A DNA stretch of 63,852 bases from Oculina patagonica (taxonomy: Eukaryota): positions 17,174,149 to 17,238,000 of the forward strand of contig NC_135770.1 of assembly GCF_052425735.1 (NCBI RefSeq). The letters are read 5' to 3'. Numbering within the stretch: the stretch's first letter is position 1; the number at the start of each line of letters is the position of its first letter. The notes beneath the pieces were generated by a model. The model saw only the letters and a program-made list of their open reading frames with translations. It ran no database searches and was not told the origin of the DNA. A program made the position numbers and the translations under genes. Below, piece by piece: positions 23,664 through 36,620 of this stretch.

Positions 23664-25845
23664 TTAACATACATACATTAACTTTATTTTTTTCTCGGAT
23701 TTACAGAGTAGCTGGTTATTAGCTAATATCTCCGAGGAAAAAATGTAAAGATAACAACCTAGAAAATTATATAAAAAAATCACTAAGCGGAAAAATAAAG
23801 TGTTACAATTAAAGTATTTTACCTAATATAATAATAATATATAATATATAAGATCAGTTTATATACAAATTACATAAAATTATAGTCTCGGACGAGGCGC
23901 TTAAAATCGTTGAAGGAACTGATTGTTCTGTGAGTATCAGGTAGAGAGTTCCAGAGTTTACAAGCAAGAAGAAGTAGAAGGCAGGCGGGTAGGAGGGGGG
24001 TTCGAGGGGTTCGAACGAACCCCCTTTGGAGGTCAATAATGGAGGACTGAAAACACAAACTGATGATTTTCAGCTTTTAGCAAATAGTGGGGGAATAGAA
24101 AACAAACTTTGAGTGTTGCAGCTTTTAAATTACCGTGCAAGAAAACGCTAAAAGTAACGGGAAAGTATAAAATTGTTAGGAGAATAGGCTCTCCTCACTG
24201 GCTCTCAAGTATGATATGCCTGTCGATCTGGACGAAATTGTCAATCTATTTCAAGGCCTCCACCCGAGGATGATGCAGTTGTCAAGTTTGCTTTACGAAT
24301 ATTCCTGTAGTGAATTAATAAGTAAGTGGCCTCAATACATCCTAGTGACCTAGTATTATATGTAGTCAAAATAATCTCATCGTTGAAAAATATTTCCTTA
24401 ACAGGCGTTCGGGATTTGATAAATGGGGTATCAATAGACGAAAGGCAGGGAATACAATTTCGGGGGACCCAGGTGATACGTGTATTTAGTGAATAATGAC
24501 GCTGCTTTTAGTACATTGACGGTGGAGCCGGGGGGTGGGGGGCTTAAGCTTTTACCTTGAGATGTCTTTGCAGCATACGTCAAGCTTTTGTAAAACGTTT
24601 AGTGTACTAAGCCAGTATGTATGTATGAATGTATCAATTCAACAAAACGCCGGAAATATTGTTGTTATGACTAAAAATACCTGTTATTTAACACTCCATC
24701 GAGTTTGAAATATTGACGTGCACAATGCTCAAAATGGCATTTCAGGGCCTCTAGATTTCATAATATTCTGGGGGGACATGTCCCGGACCCCCCTAAAGGC
24801 TCGCGCCTTCGGCGCTCGTATTTAATAACCCCATAATAAATATTCCTGTCAATACGAACACCCTTCCAAAAACCTCAGCTACGCGCCTGGAAGGAAGTAG
24901 AAGACGGCTTAGGAAGGGTTGGGATGTTGCTACCTCTTAAGGAATACGAAACAGAGCGTAAGAGAAACATTTGTTTCAGATATGCAGGAGAGTTGTCAAG
25001 ATACAGACATTTAAAAAGAATCAGTACCATGTCTTGCAGGCGTCTATTTCCTAAATAAGTTATTCCCGCTTTTTTGAGCAATTGTTTATAGTCTGAATCT
25101 GCATCCTTAAAAATAAATCTCAAAATGCGTTTGTTAAGTTTCTCTATTTTTTCTGAATCTCGAGTGTTACAGAAATGCCAGACAGTTGAACAGTAATAAA
25201 AATGCGGGAGTATGAATGCCTTGTATAGTCTCATCAAAAGGTCAAGGGAGACAAGTTTACCAAATCTCGTCATTACACTGAACTGACTGTTGATCTTCTT
25301 ACAAATTGTAGCAGGGTGCTCCCTGAAGTTCATTTTATCATCCAAGGTCATGCCAGGTCAATGGAATTCTCTACTGGAGAGAGAACTTGTAATCAGTTTT
25401 TCCTAAGACCATAGCTTGATGTTTATTGGGATTTACAATCATACCGTTATCGGTGCGTATCAAACTTTGGGTTGCATTTTTTCCTTATACGGTCATTTTC
25501 ATTGTTTAAGAAAAGTGCCTCTTTTGTTTGTAAAACAAAAGTTGCAATTACCGATGCGTAATAAAATCATCGACCGCGAAATTCAAAAATCTTCGGAAGC
25601 CACCGTAGTGTAACATACACCGCCTTTGTGGGGGTAGGGTGTGGAGAAAATGTTCGTCATGGCAGTATTCAATTCATGAAGAATACGCTTGTCAAGCTCC
25701 ACAGGGTCGATATCGGAGTCGTACAATTGCTCGTCATCTGCATAAGCATTCAGTTTTACAGATTTTGTGTGGAAGAACAAGTCATTTATGAAGACATTAA
25801 ATAGCAACTGGCTGAGGACACTGCCTTGTGGAACACCTCGGCTTG
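23664..25845 (-). mobile_element. 5'-truncated L2/CR1-group LINE, interrupted by insertions
   Basis: RGVPQGSVLSQLLFNVFINDL and YADD (~25840-25730); RLYKAFILPHFYYCSTVWHFC (ORF 24875-25351); terminal KLWNSLP..FKR (~23970-23870); 3' tail AATAAAG-TTAA(TGTA)n at ~23690-23664. Confidence 0.85.
23982..24889 (+). mobile_element. Non-autonomous hAT-type element inserted into the LINE
   Basis: TIRs CAGGCGGGTAG / CTACGCGCCTG. The internal remnant ENRLSSLAL..YDMPVDLDEIVNLFQGLHPRMMQL (~24180-24282) matches the hAT C-terminal dimerisation region. The LINE reading frame continues on both sides. Confidence 0.75.
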
Positions 25846-25849
25846 TAGT

Positions 25850-26230
25850 TTCGATTTCCTCGCCAATTTCCTTCTTAAGAAACCAGTTATTCCAAAACGA
25901 GAACCAAAAACCAATGCTTTTCAGTGCTATGGTATTTAGAGCTGTCTTCTGGTCCTCTACTGTGCTCAAAACGCCAGCCATTTTTTCACTCGCATTTCGA
26001 AGCGGATCCAAACTTCGCGCCATTCAGATCGCGCGGAAGCGTTTGATTGGCCCTCTGTTGGTGCCTTTGTTTATAAACCAATGAGAATGTTCTGTTTGTT
26101 TCCCTTTTTTGCACCGAATTCCTTTTTTCTGCACTATATTTCCTCATTTCTGCATCGAATTTACTTAAAACTGCATTTTCTCTAAGCCAATCAGATTTGA
26201 GAAATTTTTTCATGTCTAATATTATATGAG
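25850..26230 (-). mobile_element. Crypton-like non-autonomous fragment
   Basis: Peptide ..NT..KSIGFWFSFWNNWFLKKEIGEEIE, plus the terminal motif aaatttctcaaatctgattggcttaga, which also occurs at ~56340-56370. Confidence 0.4.
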
Positions 26231-26529
26231 TTAATAAGGGTCTTCGTCCTCATAAGTAGCGGTGCGGAACTACAATATCTCATAAGGTCTGATCTGGCGA
26301 TTAATAACTGTTTACATTAATGCTGTATTTCGTTAGCTGTCATAAGCTCTAAATTAGGAGGTTTGTCAGTCGATACGAAACGTTTACACTAAATAATAAA
26401 TGATTGTACGGTCTCCCAGGCCACCGAAAAATTATATAACTGAACAAATAAATAAAAACTAATTAACTGTGTTAAACGTTTCTTCTTACTTGCTTACGTA
26501 CCTCAGTAGATGCTCTTCTGCGGAATGAA

Positions 26530-27520
26530 CAAAACCACACATTTGCTCAATATATAACCGGATCAGATATGGGCGGTCTTTAAAAAAAACATCCGTTATG
26601 TCTGAAACGCGCAAATCACGACTTCTGACCCGGGTGTGGAACAGCTTCAGGCTATTCTTGTAAAACATTTGCTATGTCTGGGTGCAGCACTTACAACTGG
26701 ACTTCTAAATTCTGCGCGGATTTGGCTAAGAAAGGAAACTTTTTGTAAACATCTATTTCGTCTGCAACACACATTTACTCAATATATTACCGGCAGAATT
26801 TTTAAATTAAAATTTTGTGGATCAGGTACGTGTAGTGGTACTTGTTGAAAAACATCTTCAGTGTCTACAAAGCGCAAATCACGACTTCTGACCCGGGTGT
26901 GGAACAGCTTCAGGCTATTCTTGTAAAACATCTGCTATGTCTGGGTGCAGCACTTACAACTGGACTTCTAAATTCTGCGCGGATTTGGCTAAGAAAGGAA
27001 ACTTTTTGTAAACATCCATTCAACACACATTTACTCAATATATTACCGGTAGAATTTTGTGGATCAGGTATGGGATACTTGTTGAAAAACATCTGCAGTG
27101 TCTACAAAGCACAAATCACGACTTCTGACCCGGGTGTGGATCAGCTTCAAGCTATTTTGGTGAACATCCGCTATGTCTGCAACACGTACATCTGGACTAC
27201 TAACTTCTGTGTGGATCAGCTAAAGGGAACTTAACATCTTTTTCGTCTGCAACACACATTTACTCAATATATAACAAGCAGAATTTGATTGGGTGGATCA
27301 GGTATGAGTGACTTACAACACGTACATAAGGAGTACTGACCCAGGTGTGGATCAGATTAAGGCTATTTTTTGTAAACATCCGCTGTGTCTGTAACACAAA
27401 CACACTTGGACTTCAAATCTCAGTGTGGATTAGCTGAAGGCCACTTTTTGTAAACATCCGCTACGGCCAGAACAGAAATAACTCGACTTGTTACTTCCTT
27501 GTGGAGTAGTTATCGGCTTG
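26530..27520. repeat. Degenerate tandem array, ~75-bp monomers in ~240-260-bp higher-order units
   Basis: caaatcacgacttctgacccgggtgtgga recurs at ~26612, ~26875 and ~27111, and degenerately at ~27330. The sub-motif gtggatcag...gtaaacatccgct.tgtctg recurs about every 70-90 bp. Confidence 0.85.
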
Positions 27521-28260
27521 GGCATGGTGGCGAGTCATCTTTGCTTATAGATCATCGTTTTTAACTCGGTTAAGTCTTACAATGTGCTTGAAAGGTGGCT
27601 GCACAAATTGTTCTTCTACTGAGAAGGTCACGTTAATTATGGCCTTGACATTGAACAATTGCAAATTTGAAAAATGAGTGAACGTAATCTTGATCTAATA
27701 TAGCGAAATTTTCATATCCAGTAAACTAGTATAACTAGCTATAGTTTACCGTACCCAAATTCGCAACTAGCCAATCAGAAGCGCGATCTACTGTCCTGAT
27801 ATCTTACGATATCAAGTCACTGACCTGATATGCCACCATGTCACGACCACTTTGAAGTAAAGTAGTGTTACTGTACGATGTATTGAAAAGAGGTTTTACC
27901 AATAAAACAGAATTTCGTAATTTAATTTTAGCGGTGTTTGGCGATCGTAAAACGAGAAAAACTTTCCCGCCAAAACTAAACTTGAGCGCTCTCGCCAATT
28001 GCGCGATGTTTGCCGACGATTACTGAGACATTTAAACTGAAAAAATGAAGTCGGAATTTCTAATTTTTTCGCTTAATTTTGATTTTGAAATTTAGAGAAT
28101 GAAACTCTAAACAAGCGAGTGGAAAAAAGGCAGAGGAAGAACTTGGTAAAAGTGTTAAAGACCAAGTCAACATAATTTGCAGTACGTACCTTGCAAGCAT
28201 GGCTTCAACAGAGCGCTAAATATAACCGGATTTTTGGCTGTAAATAGTAAATACAGTAAA

Positions 28261-28422
28261 TACCTAATCGTACCTTTTTGGTACGCTTCGGCTGCATATC
28301 AGGCTCGTTTGGTCTCGCCATGGGTATTTTGGCTCGACTGCGTCTCGCCAAAATACGAACCATGGCTCGACCAAACTCGCCCGATATGTAGCTGAAGCGT
28401 ACCAAAAAGGTACGATTAGGTA
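28261..28422. mobile_element. Palindromic MITE
   Basis: tacctaatcgtacctttttggtacgcttcggctgcatatc ... gatatgtagctgaagcgtaccaaaaaggtacgattaggta. Confidence 0.8.
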
Positions 28423-30128
28423 TAAAAATTAAATTAAAATAATTTCTATCCTAACTCTTTGCATAGTTTCGTTTCTTATACAGTATCTAGCACTGTTCAT
28501 CAGCAAAGGTATATTGTCTTGATGGACTACCAAAATCTCAGCACAGTTATTTTTAGAATTGCATCGGAATTTAAAAGGAGAATTAACATGAACCAGCTTA
28601 TTGTACTTTTTGTTTGGTACCACAAACAGTGTTCAATTTGAAATATCCACAGTTACTGCTTTCTTTTGGTATCAGAACTTTTCGAGACAAAATGAATGCA
28701 AATCAGGTCAATGGTGGTTTTAAAGAGTTCCGCCAACTTTATGTGGAATTAACGCCTCCTTTAGCTCCAGGTAGACTAGACAAATGGCGTAAAATTCCGA
28801 TTCCCCTCCTCCTTCCTCGAGAATAAGCCCTTCATATCCCAGACGCAAATACCATCCCATTAATATGGCCTCCAGAATATAAACCCATGATCTTATAAAT
28901 TTATTTTTAGTTTAAATTTCTTCCGATGATAAAGCCCCCCCCCCCCCCCCCTGCTGTTGTTCATCTGATGATCACTGTAGGTCTTGTTTTGTGTTTCGCT
29001 ATCGATCGTGGTTTTTTACACGCAGTTTTCTTATGTAGCCTTAATTTTTTTAAGACACGAACGCCCCTCCAAACATAAGCCTAACGATTTTTTGGATCGC
29101 AAAATCCCTTGCGATAATAAGCCCATCCAAAACGTTTTTACTCCTTAAAGATAGCCTGCCTCTATTATACACTCCCTGTCCCCTATCCCTCCTGGTATTT
29201 GGTAACTAATTATGGTTTGAAAGCTAGATCCATAATGGAAGCCTTCTGTAGATACTACTGATTATCAGGCAAATGTGTTTTATTCCTATCAGGAACTTCA
29301 GTGGTGTCAGTTCAACAATTGTGTAAAGTCACAAGAGATGGCACAGAAACAGAGGATGTCTTGCTTACCTTAAACTGTAAAGCTCTTACCAACCGTTAAG
29401 TGTCTCCTAGTAGTTCTTTTGTTATTCATTGTTCACGTCATCCTAAAAGCCTTTTTATGTTAAATATAACTTTCACTTGCGGATTCAATGTAGGGGGAAC
29501 CTCATACAGTGAGCAACTTTTATAAACCAGACAATTTTAAATTGTGCGAGTCAGGAGTTTTTGAGACAGCAAACAAGAGAGAAACGAAAAACAAACAATT
29601 AACTTATTGAAAGCCGGGAAATGCTCATTTTTTTGCCAAGTTCGATTTGTTTATATACTCAACCATGGAATTAATTATATGAGTTTTGAGGTGATGTAAA
29701 TTGCAAATTTTGAATCGATATCTACATAATTTGTTAATATTTTACATAAGGTTTGTATTTGACATTTATGGAAGAGAGGTAAGTTATAAATATAATAAGA
29801 AACGCGTTTGTGACAGAAACTTTTACAAAATTAAATCACTCCAGTTCTTTGCTGTTGATAGACGTATTTATTATTGTTATTTAAATCTTGCACCCATATG
29901 TAGAAACCATTCATTGGCATAATTATTTGCGACCTTAAACTCACAAAGAATATTGCGCAAATGTTTTCTGCTTAAGTTTCTTACTTACAGTTTTCCATAC
30001 TTACTGTTCTCAGGATTACGTGTCTCTACATTTTATGCAATCGGCCTCGATGCCATTTTCCCATCTCTAACAGCTACTAAAAAGTACAACCGACAACGCC
30101 TGTTCCGTATATTAAGACTTATTACATG

Positions 30129-31045
30129 TCAGTCAGACATGTAGCCACCAAACCACCAATTAGTGGTCTGATAATTTGCCATGGTGCAACGGAAATTAGT
30201 GTTGACATGGCCGTAGTAACCAAAGTTGTCTTCACTGGGAACACTTCCAGCGTTTGGTTTGAAGGCACAGCCAGTATGACTGCTGTCGATGTGGAAGATG
30301 TAGCCGTGCCCCTGCCAGACCTGTGCTGTGGTACCACTCCCTGCTGCATGTCCACGAATATTCACATAATCCACACGTTTGCAATGACCGCCACCAAGAA
30401 AGCTCATGATGTCAAACTCGCTGAACTTGCTTCTGAGGTAATCTTTGTAATCAATCTTCCCTTTCATGATGTTAAAGCTGCAGGTTGCCCGCCAGTATGT
30501 GGATCGGCTGCGGAGGCTTTTCATTCGAGCCAGAGTCTGGCGGTAGATGTACCAGTTTGGGGTGTTGTGGTTGATTGGTGCGTCTTGCATAAAAGGCTTG
30601 CTTCTAAATTGAGGCAGATTTTTATATTCCCGATTCCAGGACATGACTAGGGTCCAGGCCGCTCCAGGCTCGGATGACAGATCGCAATATGCCACGTATT
30701 GCTTATCTTGATCATCAAAAAGCCAGTAGAAGCCGTTCTCGAACTTGCCATGTTGCAGGTAGTCTAAACAGGATCGGGCGATGAAACCGTTTGCTTGCAA
30801 ATGGATAACATCAGCACACTGGAACAGAAACAAATATGGAAACATGGTAATGAATTAAAAAGAGTTGCTTCAGGTTTCGATTTAAATAAATAACATGAAT
30901 TGGAGTTGCTTTAGGTTTCGATAACATTTAGCTGTTTCGGCGAGTAAGATGTAGATACACTGAATTGTAAATCGCAACAACGCCTTACCGATGGTATTTG
31001 AATCAAGGCGAACAAAATCAACAGAGAAAATAAGTTCAGCTTCAT
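30129..31045 (-). CDS. Secreted fibrinogen-related-domain-like protein, copy 2 (2 coding exons, ~248 aa)
   Basis: Exon 31045-30989 encodes MKLNLFSLLILFALIQIPS (signal peptide; GTAAGG donor, phase 0). Exon 30818-30129 follows ttccAG and reads CADVIHLQANGFIARSCLDYLQHG..NGFYWL..YCDLSSEPGAAWTLV, the FReD/intelectin-type N-terminal motif, then a Trp/Cys-rich domain ending DNFGYY..FRCT..TTNWWFGG. Confidence 0.85.
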
Positions 31046-31107
31046 CTTCGGTTCTTCAAGAAAAGTCTTCAGCATCAAAACCTGGGAGAAAAATTAACGG
31101 CATAGGC

Positions 31108-31186
31108 TAGTCTGAAATTCAGCCGTCCTCTCGCCCGCGTCCCACCGTTGGGGGTTGGGTCGAGAGGACGGCTGAATTTTAGACTA
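31108..31186. mobile_element. 79-bp hairpin MITE, TAG...CTA termini, AGGC target duplication (Academ-like)
   Basis: aggc-TAGTCTGAAATTCAGCCGTCCTCTCG...CGAGAGGACGGCTGAATTTTAGACTA-aggc. Confidence 0.75.
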
Positions 31187-31556
31187 AGGCGTATTAGTAA
31201 ATGTTGGATAAATGGTTTCGGTCTTAATTATGAGAAAAATTAATGCGCACTTAATCGGTGCAAAACAGAAGTAAAATTTAGTGAATGGAAATAGAGGGCA
31301 TGTGATGACACTGCGAAATATGATGGACTGAATAAAGAAGAACAAGAAAGAGTTTATCAATTAATGAAAACTTCGTGTGGGCAACCGCACAGTCAAATAA
31401 ATGAACAGGAATATAAAAAAACGGATTTTACTGGAGTTAATATAAAGATTTAGGCAAACCTAATAGAGGAGCTCCTCTTCCTCCGCCATTATACCATTTA
31501 ATGTTTGGTCATTGAGGGAGACGTCGATGAACGGGACGTTAAAAATTTGTAATTAA

Positions 31557-32932
31557 GCAATAGAGGACTTTTCCGTGTTTACATAGCCTTATGTAAACAC
31601 GAGGGGGGTTTGGAGAATTCGAGACAGTTATGCAAACCCGAGACGCAGTCGAGGGTTCAACTCGAGAATTCTCCCTACCACCCGAGTGTTTAGATGAGGT
31701 AGCAAACACGGAAAATCCTCTATCTTTTATAATATTTTTTTCAAAAATAATTCGAAAAATGAAGGGGATTTGGTTTATTTACTTCTGAATGAAATAGATT
31801 TCTCAAAACGCGCATTTGACAACAAGTGAACCAATCAAATGTGTTATAAGAGTTCAATAAATTTGTGAGTGCGCCGTGTCGACGAAAGCGATTCCACGTA
31901 AATCTTACAGAAAAATACGGAAAGTTTGGCAAAAACTAAAAGAAATGCTAAAAAATACGGCTCTGTAAAGAAAGAACTTCAAGGTGAGGAGTTTATTTAA
32001 GCTGGAAATGAATGCCACTGTGCTTGATCGCTCTTGAAAGTGAAGTGAACTTGCCTGAATTATTTGGCAGCCCGATAACACGGTTGAAAAGTCTCATCGT
32101 GTTTGTGAAGTTTGCGGAAATAGGAATCATAGCACAGCAGCGGATCTAGCGAGGTCGGTAGCAATGGTATGCATTTATTGTACGGTAATTGTTCAGATAG
32201 CGATCTAAACGGGTCCAGTTTCTTCTACTGTCGTTTCCTCCGTTTTAATGTGCTTCAAGCGCGTAAATAAACTTCAAATTGACAACAAATTCTGCTTTTT
32301 TCTGACAAATATTTCCATTCTTTCGTCTTCCCCAAGCCCATTTTGAATGAAAAAAGTTCACGACTATCATTGCCAATGTAAAGTAGAATGTTTACGCTGG
32401 AAAAGTCTCAGAGAAAATATATTTTAAGCGTCATTTTTCGCGGCGGCATTTTAAGCAGATTTGCCGGTAAAAACACAGCAACCGATCGGCCGTGCAAAGT
32501 TTAAGTTTGTAGCTTATAGTTTTTTGCGTTGACCTATATTTTTTTCTAATAAAGAATGACTTGAAGGGAATTTTATTGTAGTACTTAAACGCAAAAATTT
32601 ACTTGAAAAATGTTTACTGCGTATTTTGTTGCATATTTTGTCGTTCGCTTGAGCTTACTCCAGGCAAAGCGCTGTGGTTCTTTTTTCTTTTGCTTTTTTC
32701 TCGGGCTCATATGGGAAGAGAAAGCCGGAACACATATCAAAATTTGTATTGTTTTCCATTTCTTTAATATCGTACTTGAAATTACTTTGCAAGTCTTTTT
32801 GGCAGTTTTATAATGTTTTTAAATTGTGCCGGGAAACACAGAAAGCGTGACGTCACAACCGTGTTTACATACTCTCATCTAAACACACCTATCGACCAAT
32901 GAGAGCGCGCGTAGTATCTTAATTATTTTATA
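31557..32932. mobile_element. Non-autonomous dispersed repeat with palindromic head
   Basis: The head tagaggacttttccgtgtttacatagcct...aaacacggaaaatcctcta is an inverted pair. A related tail ccgtgtttacatactctcatctaaacac lies at ~32860-32885. Confidence 0.45.
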
Positions 32933-33289
32933 ATTGACAGTGATGTATTTAGTTACAGTTGGGTACTTCCGCATGTACGACCACGTACGCGTCGAAATTT
33001 AAAACTTCTGTTCAGTGAGTCGTGGAAGTTCAAATACTTCTGAATCTAGTGCTTTTCTCTATTTTTATAGTTGCAGAACAATTTCGGTTCCTATTAACCT
33101 TAATCCATTGTCATAACTTTTCACAATGTAGAAAACGTTAGAGTGGTAGAGAGAGGAATATTTTCGTCTGCTTGCTTTCATTCAGCTTACAAAGTGAACA
33201 ACGCGCCAACTACTTCGCCGCCATGAAAAACGTTCTCACTCCTGTTTGGGTTTCTTTTGGACTCCCCTCCTCACCCCCAGAGACCGTAC

Positions 33290-33406
33290 TGGCGGTCAGG
33301 TGGACGGACGTTGACGTCAGAACCAAAATTTCTCGCATCGATACGTTGCCAAAATGTATTACCCATTGAGCTCTGTTGGAGCACTTCGCGCGCCGTAGCT
33401 CCGCTA
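33290..33406 (-). mobile_element. 5' end of a Helentron/HINE-like element related to the one at 51836
   Basis: The minus strand begins TAGCGGAGCTAC, a variant of the subTIR AGCGGAGCTCC, followed by a GC-rich stretch. Confidence 0.45.
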
Positions 33407-33645
33407 AAAAAATATATTTTTTTAAAAGTCGCCTTTCACCTATCTTAGACTTCCGCGTTGAGAATTAGAAAACAAAACAAAACAGAACACATATAAATTT
33501 TTATAACCGCGAGAGTTCATTACTTTCACCAATCAACGGCAGTTATTTAGTTTCCGAACATTTTTTGAAGACTAGATGGACTATCGTTGCTAACAAAAAA
33601 TTAAAACATAACTTGTGTATCAGTATGCTCTAACTTTATACTTAC

Positions 33646-33975
33646 CTGTGATAATAACGTTCAAAGTGTGTCGATCTTGGGACGCCGTTCTCCAAAGACT
33701 TGTGCCAATGAATAACATAAAACCAGGAGCATCCTCTTTATAGATCCTTGATTCTTATGTGTTGATCTCTCAGTTTGGCAGTTCCAGGCAGCTGAAAACA
33801 TGTTAACAAAGCCGCGAGAATATATCATTAGGCCATTCATTGACGGCCGTTATACCATTTTCGGTATTACGGTTGAGATTAAACAAAGATTTATGATCAA
33901 TATATACTTTTTAGGTTAAATGCTGAAATTATAGACTAATCCCATAATTGCGAAAGCTAGCTTGGAAATTTCCTG
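33646..33975 (-). promoter_or_regulatory. Predicted non-coding first exon and core promoter of fibrinogen-related copy 2
   Basis: CAG|GTAAGT donor at ~33646, TATAAA at 33742-33737 and GGAAATTTCC at 33964-33973. The coding exon has a UTR acceptor (ctcccAG) at 31083-31082 that needs an upstream donor. Confidence 0.55.
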
Positions 33976-34089
33976 GATTTTTCTTAAAATGAAAAGGCAA
34001 CGACTGTTTACTCAGTTTGTCATTATCATTCATTTTGCTAAAGCAAGCTTTTAAGAACTTATCAAATATCTGTCAGTGTTAGCATATTG

Positions 34090-36620
34090 ATATTTACCAA
34101 ACTTGTTTTAACACGAAAGTTGGTGGGCAAAACAAAGACAGTATTTCACGGTCACTAACTTACAAAAACTCAAACAAACTTTTTGCCAGAGAAATAAGCG
34201 CAAAAACAGTGTTCTGGATAAAATGATATTGTTTTGGGGAAGTTGTGTTAAGCTTGCGTGTTATGCCAAAAGCTGTGATTGCCTTAATCAATTGATATTT
34301 ACTTTTAAAGCCACTAAGACAAAAATTAAAAGCAAATACCAGTCGAAAAACACTTTTAAAACGATACGCCAACTTATATTTGTATAAACAGATTGAATCG
34401 AAATCATTTAGTTTCAGTTTATTGATCACACGATTGATATTTATTAAACTTCTTTCAAAACGAAAGTCGGTGGAAAAAACAGAGCAGTATTTCACAGTCA
34501 TTAACTTACATAAACTCAAAATTTTTTCCGCCAGCGAAATTAGCGCAAACAGTGTTTTTGATAAATTATTTTGTTCTGGGAAAGTTGTGTTTAACTTGCG
34601 TGTTATGTTAAAACCTGTGACTGCCTTAATCAATTGATATTACTTTTAAAGCCACTTAGGCAAAAATAAAAAGCAAATACCAGTCGAAAAACATTTTTAA
34701 AACTACTTGCCAGCGTGTATTTGTATAAACAGATTGAATCGAAATTATTTGGTTTCATTTTCAGTTTATTGATCACACGATTGATATTTTCTCTTGTTTC
34801 AAAACGAAAGTCGATGGGAAAATCAAAGAAAATATTTCGCCAGAGGAATAAGCCCAAGAAATAGTGTTCTGGATAAAATGATATTGGTCTGGAAAACATG
34901 TGTTCAACTTGCGTGTTATGCTAAAAGCTGTGATTGCCTTAATCAATTGATATTTACTTTTAAAGCTACTACTTAGGCAAAAATAAAAAGCAAATACTAG
35001 TTGAAAAACACTTTGAAAACGACTTCAACACAGGTTTGTCTAAACAGATAGAATCGAAATAATTTGGTTTAATTGTCAGATAATTGATCACACAATTGAA
35101 ACTTTAAAATTATCCTCTTATTAAAACCTGGCCCTTTTCGGAAAATCTTTGCATAAAATCGTGAGGTTTTTCACGCATGCACGTTTTGATAAACTACCAG
35201 GTTGTTCTAAAGCCGCGCGTGACTGTCATTATTTTTCTTGTATGATTATTGATTAAACATTTGTTTTAAACGCCATTTTTGTCAAAATATTGATCATTAC
35301 CACCTGTAGTTTTAAACATTGCATGCAAATGGGACATTCAGCGTCACGACATTTCTTCTGTACTTTAAGCATTCTGCATTCCTCGTAAAGATCCTGGTTT
35401 TTCACTCGTGTATCAAGTTTTGTAGATTAAAAAAGCTGGTGGAAAACATTGTGAAATGTGAAGAATATCTAAGATTAACAACGCTTCTTTCTATAGCACT
35501 ATTTGCATAGCGTAAGTGATTTTCGAGAGAAAGTTTACCCAGACAGAATTTGCTTTTATCGAGAATCACTATTCATTTTGTTGATTCTGGGATTGTCAAT
35601 CAAGACAGCCACTGAATCTTAGAAAAAACACACGATCATTTTATCCATTTGGGTAAAATCGCATTATGGCCAAAAGTTAAAATACAGCGTGGGATCCCGC
35701 TTTTGTCAAGTCTCCCGAGCACACCATAGAAAACTCCTTTTTTCCTTGGAATTGCTTCACTCAGTCAAACGATGCAACTTTACTCCCACCGATCGACGCC
35801 CGATTTCCTGAAATACTCGATTTCTCGAATCAAGTTTTGTTTCGTTTCCCTTGGAAGCTTAAGAAATTGATATTCGACTGTACTTATGTGTAAAACCAAA
35901 ACCTATATTTTAAGGTTGTTATGTAAAGAATTAATCTCCAAACTGCCATTAAAGAAAGCCGGAGCTTACGAAAACATTTTGTTCTCTGCTCAAAGCAGTC
36001 GTTTTCCTTTGTAATGGTGATCACATTTGTACCTTTTCAAGTATGTTACAACCAGAGAAATTTAATTTCATCATTTTCATGACCCTTTCGGAAAATGTTT
36101 GCACAAATCGCGAGTTTTCGACTGTGTACCTACTGTAGCTAGGTTGTTTTAAAAGTCGTCACCAACCATCATCGCCTTTCTTGCGTGATGTTAATAAAAG
36201 AAACATTAAAAGGGAATGGACAGTCGATCAGAAGTCTTCTAAGTTTTTGTGTAAATTATGCTACAATTATGAGGGTGCACTTACTGATCAACAAAAATCT
36301 TTGAACAACAAAAGAAACGCATAAATACATTCTCCAATGTGTGAATAAATTGTTTTTTTATGCGTGTATAATTAAATTTTGCATAAAATTTTGCAGCTTA
36401 GAGCATTTTGTGAAAAACATCGTGAAAAGTATGGGAATATCGTAGGTTAACAACGCTTCTTTTTATGGCGGTCTTTGCATAGCGTAAGTGATTTCAATGT
36501 GAATGTTTACCCCTTAAAAAAAGTTGCTTTGTGAGGAGTCACTATGAAATGTGTTTATTCTGGGATTAAGAAAGAACATTTATCAATTTAGATGAAAATA
36601 CATATGGCTATCGTTGAAAT
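34090..36620. repeat. Local tandem duplications of a ~350-bp unit and adjoining block
   Basis: The unit acgaaagt...gtgttctggataaaa...gtgattgccttaatcaattgatatt...atcgaaat occurs three times in 34110-35100. The block 35130-35690 is echoed at 36080-36620. Further copies lie at ~38010-38520 and ~48290-48960. Confidence 0.85.

Noticed and set aside
26530-27520. Possible CRISPR-like repeat-spacer array
   Set aside because: The intervening sequences are homologous to each other, there are no cas genes, and the context is eukaryotic.
30126-30650. 174-aa plus-strand ORF (and 21325-21687) overlapping the FReD-like genes
   Set aside because: Antisense shadow of a real coding exon, with no recognisable motifs.
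34160-34899. 157-aa and 89-aa minus-strand ORFs with internal repeats
   Set aside because: They arise from an AT-rich tandem unit whose frame is not kept between copies.
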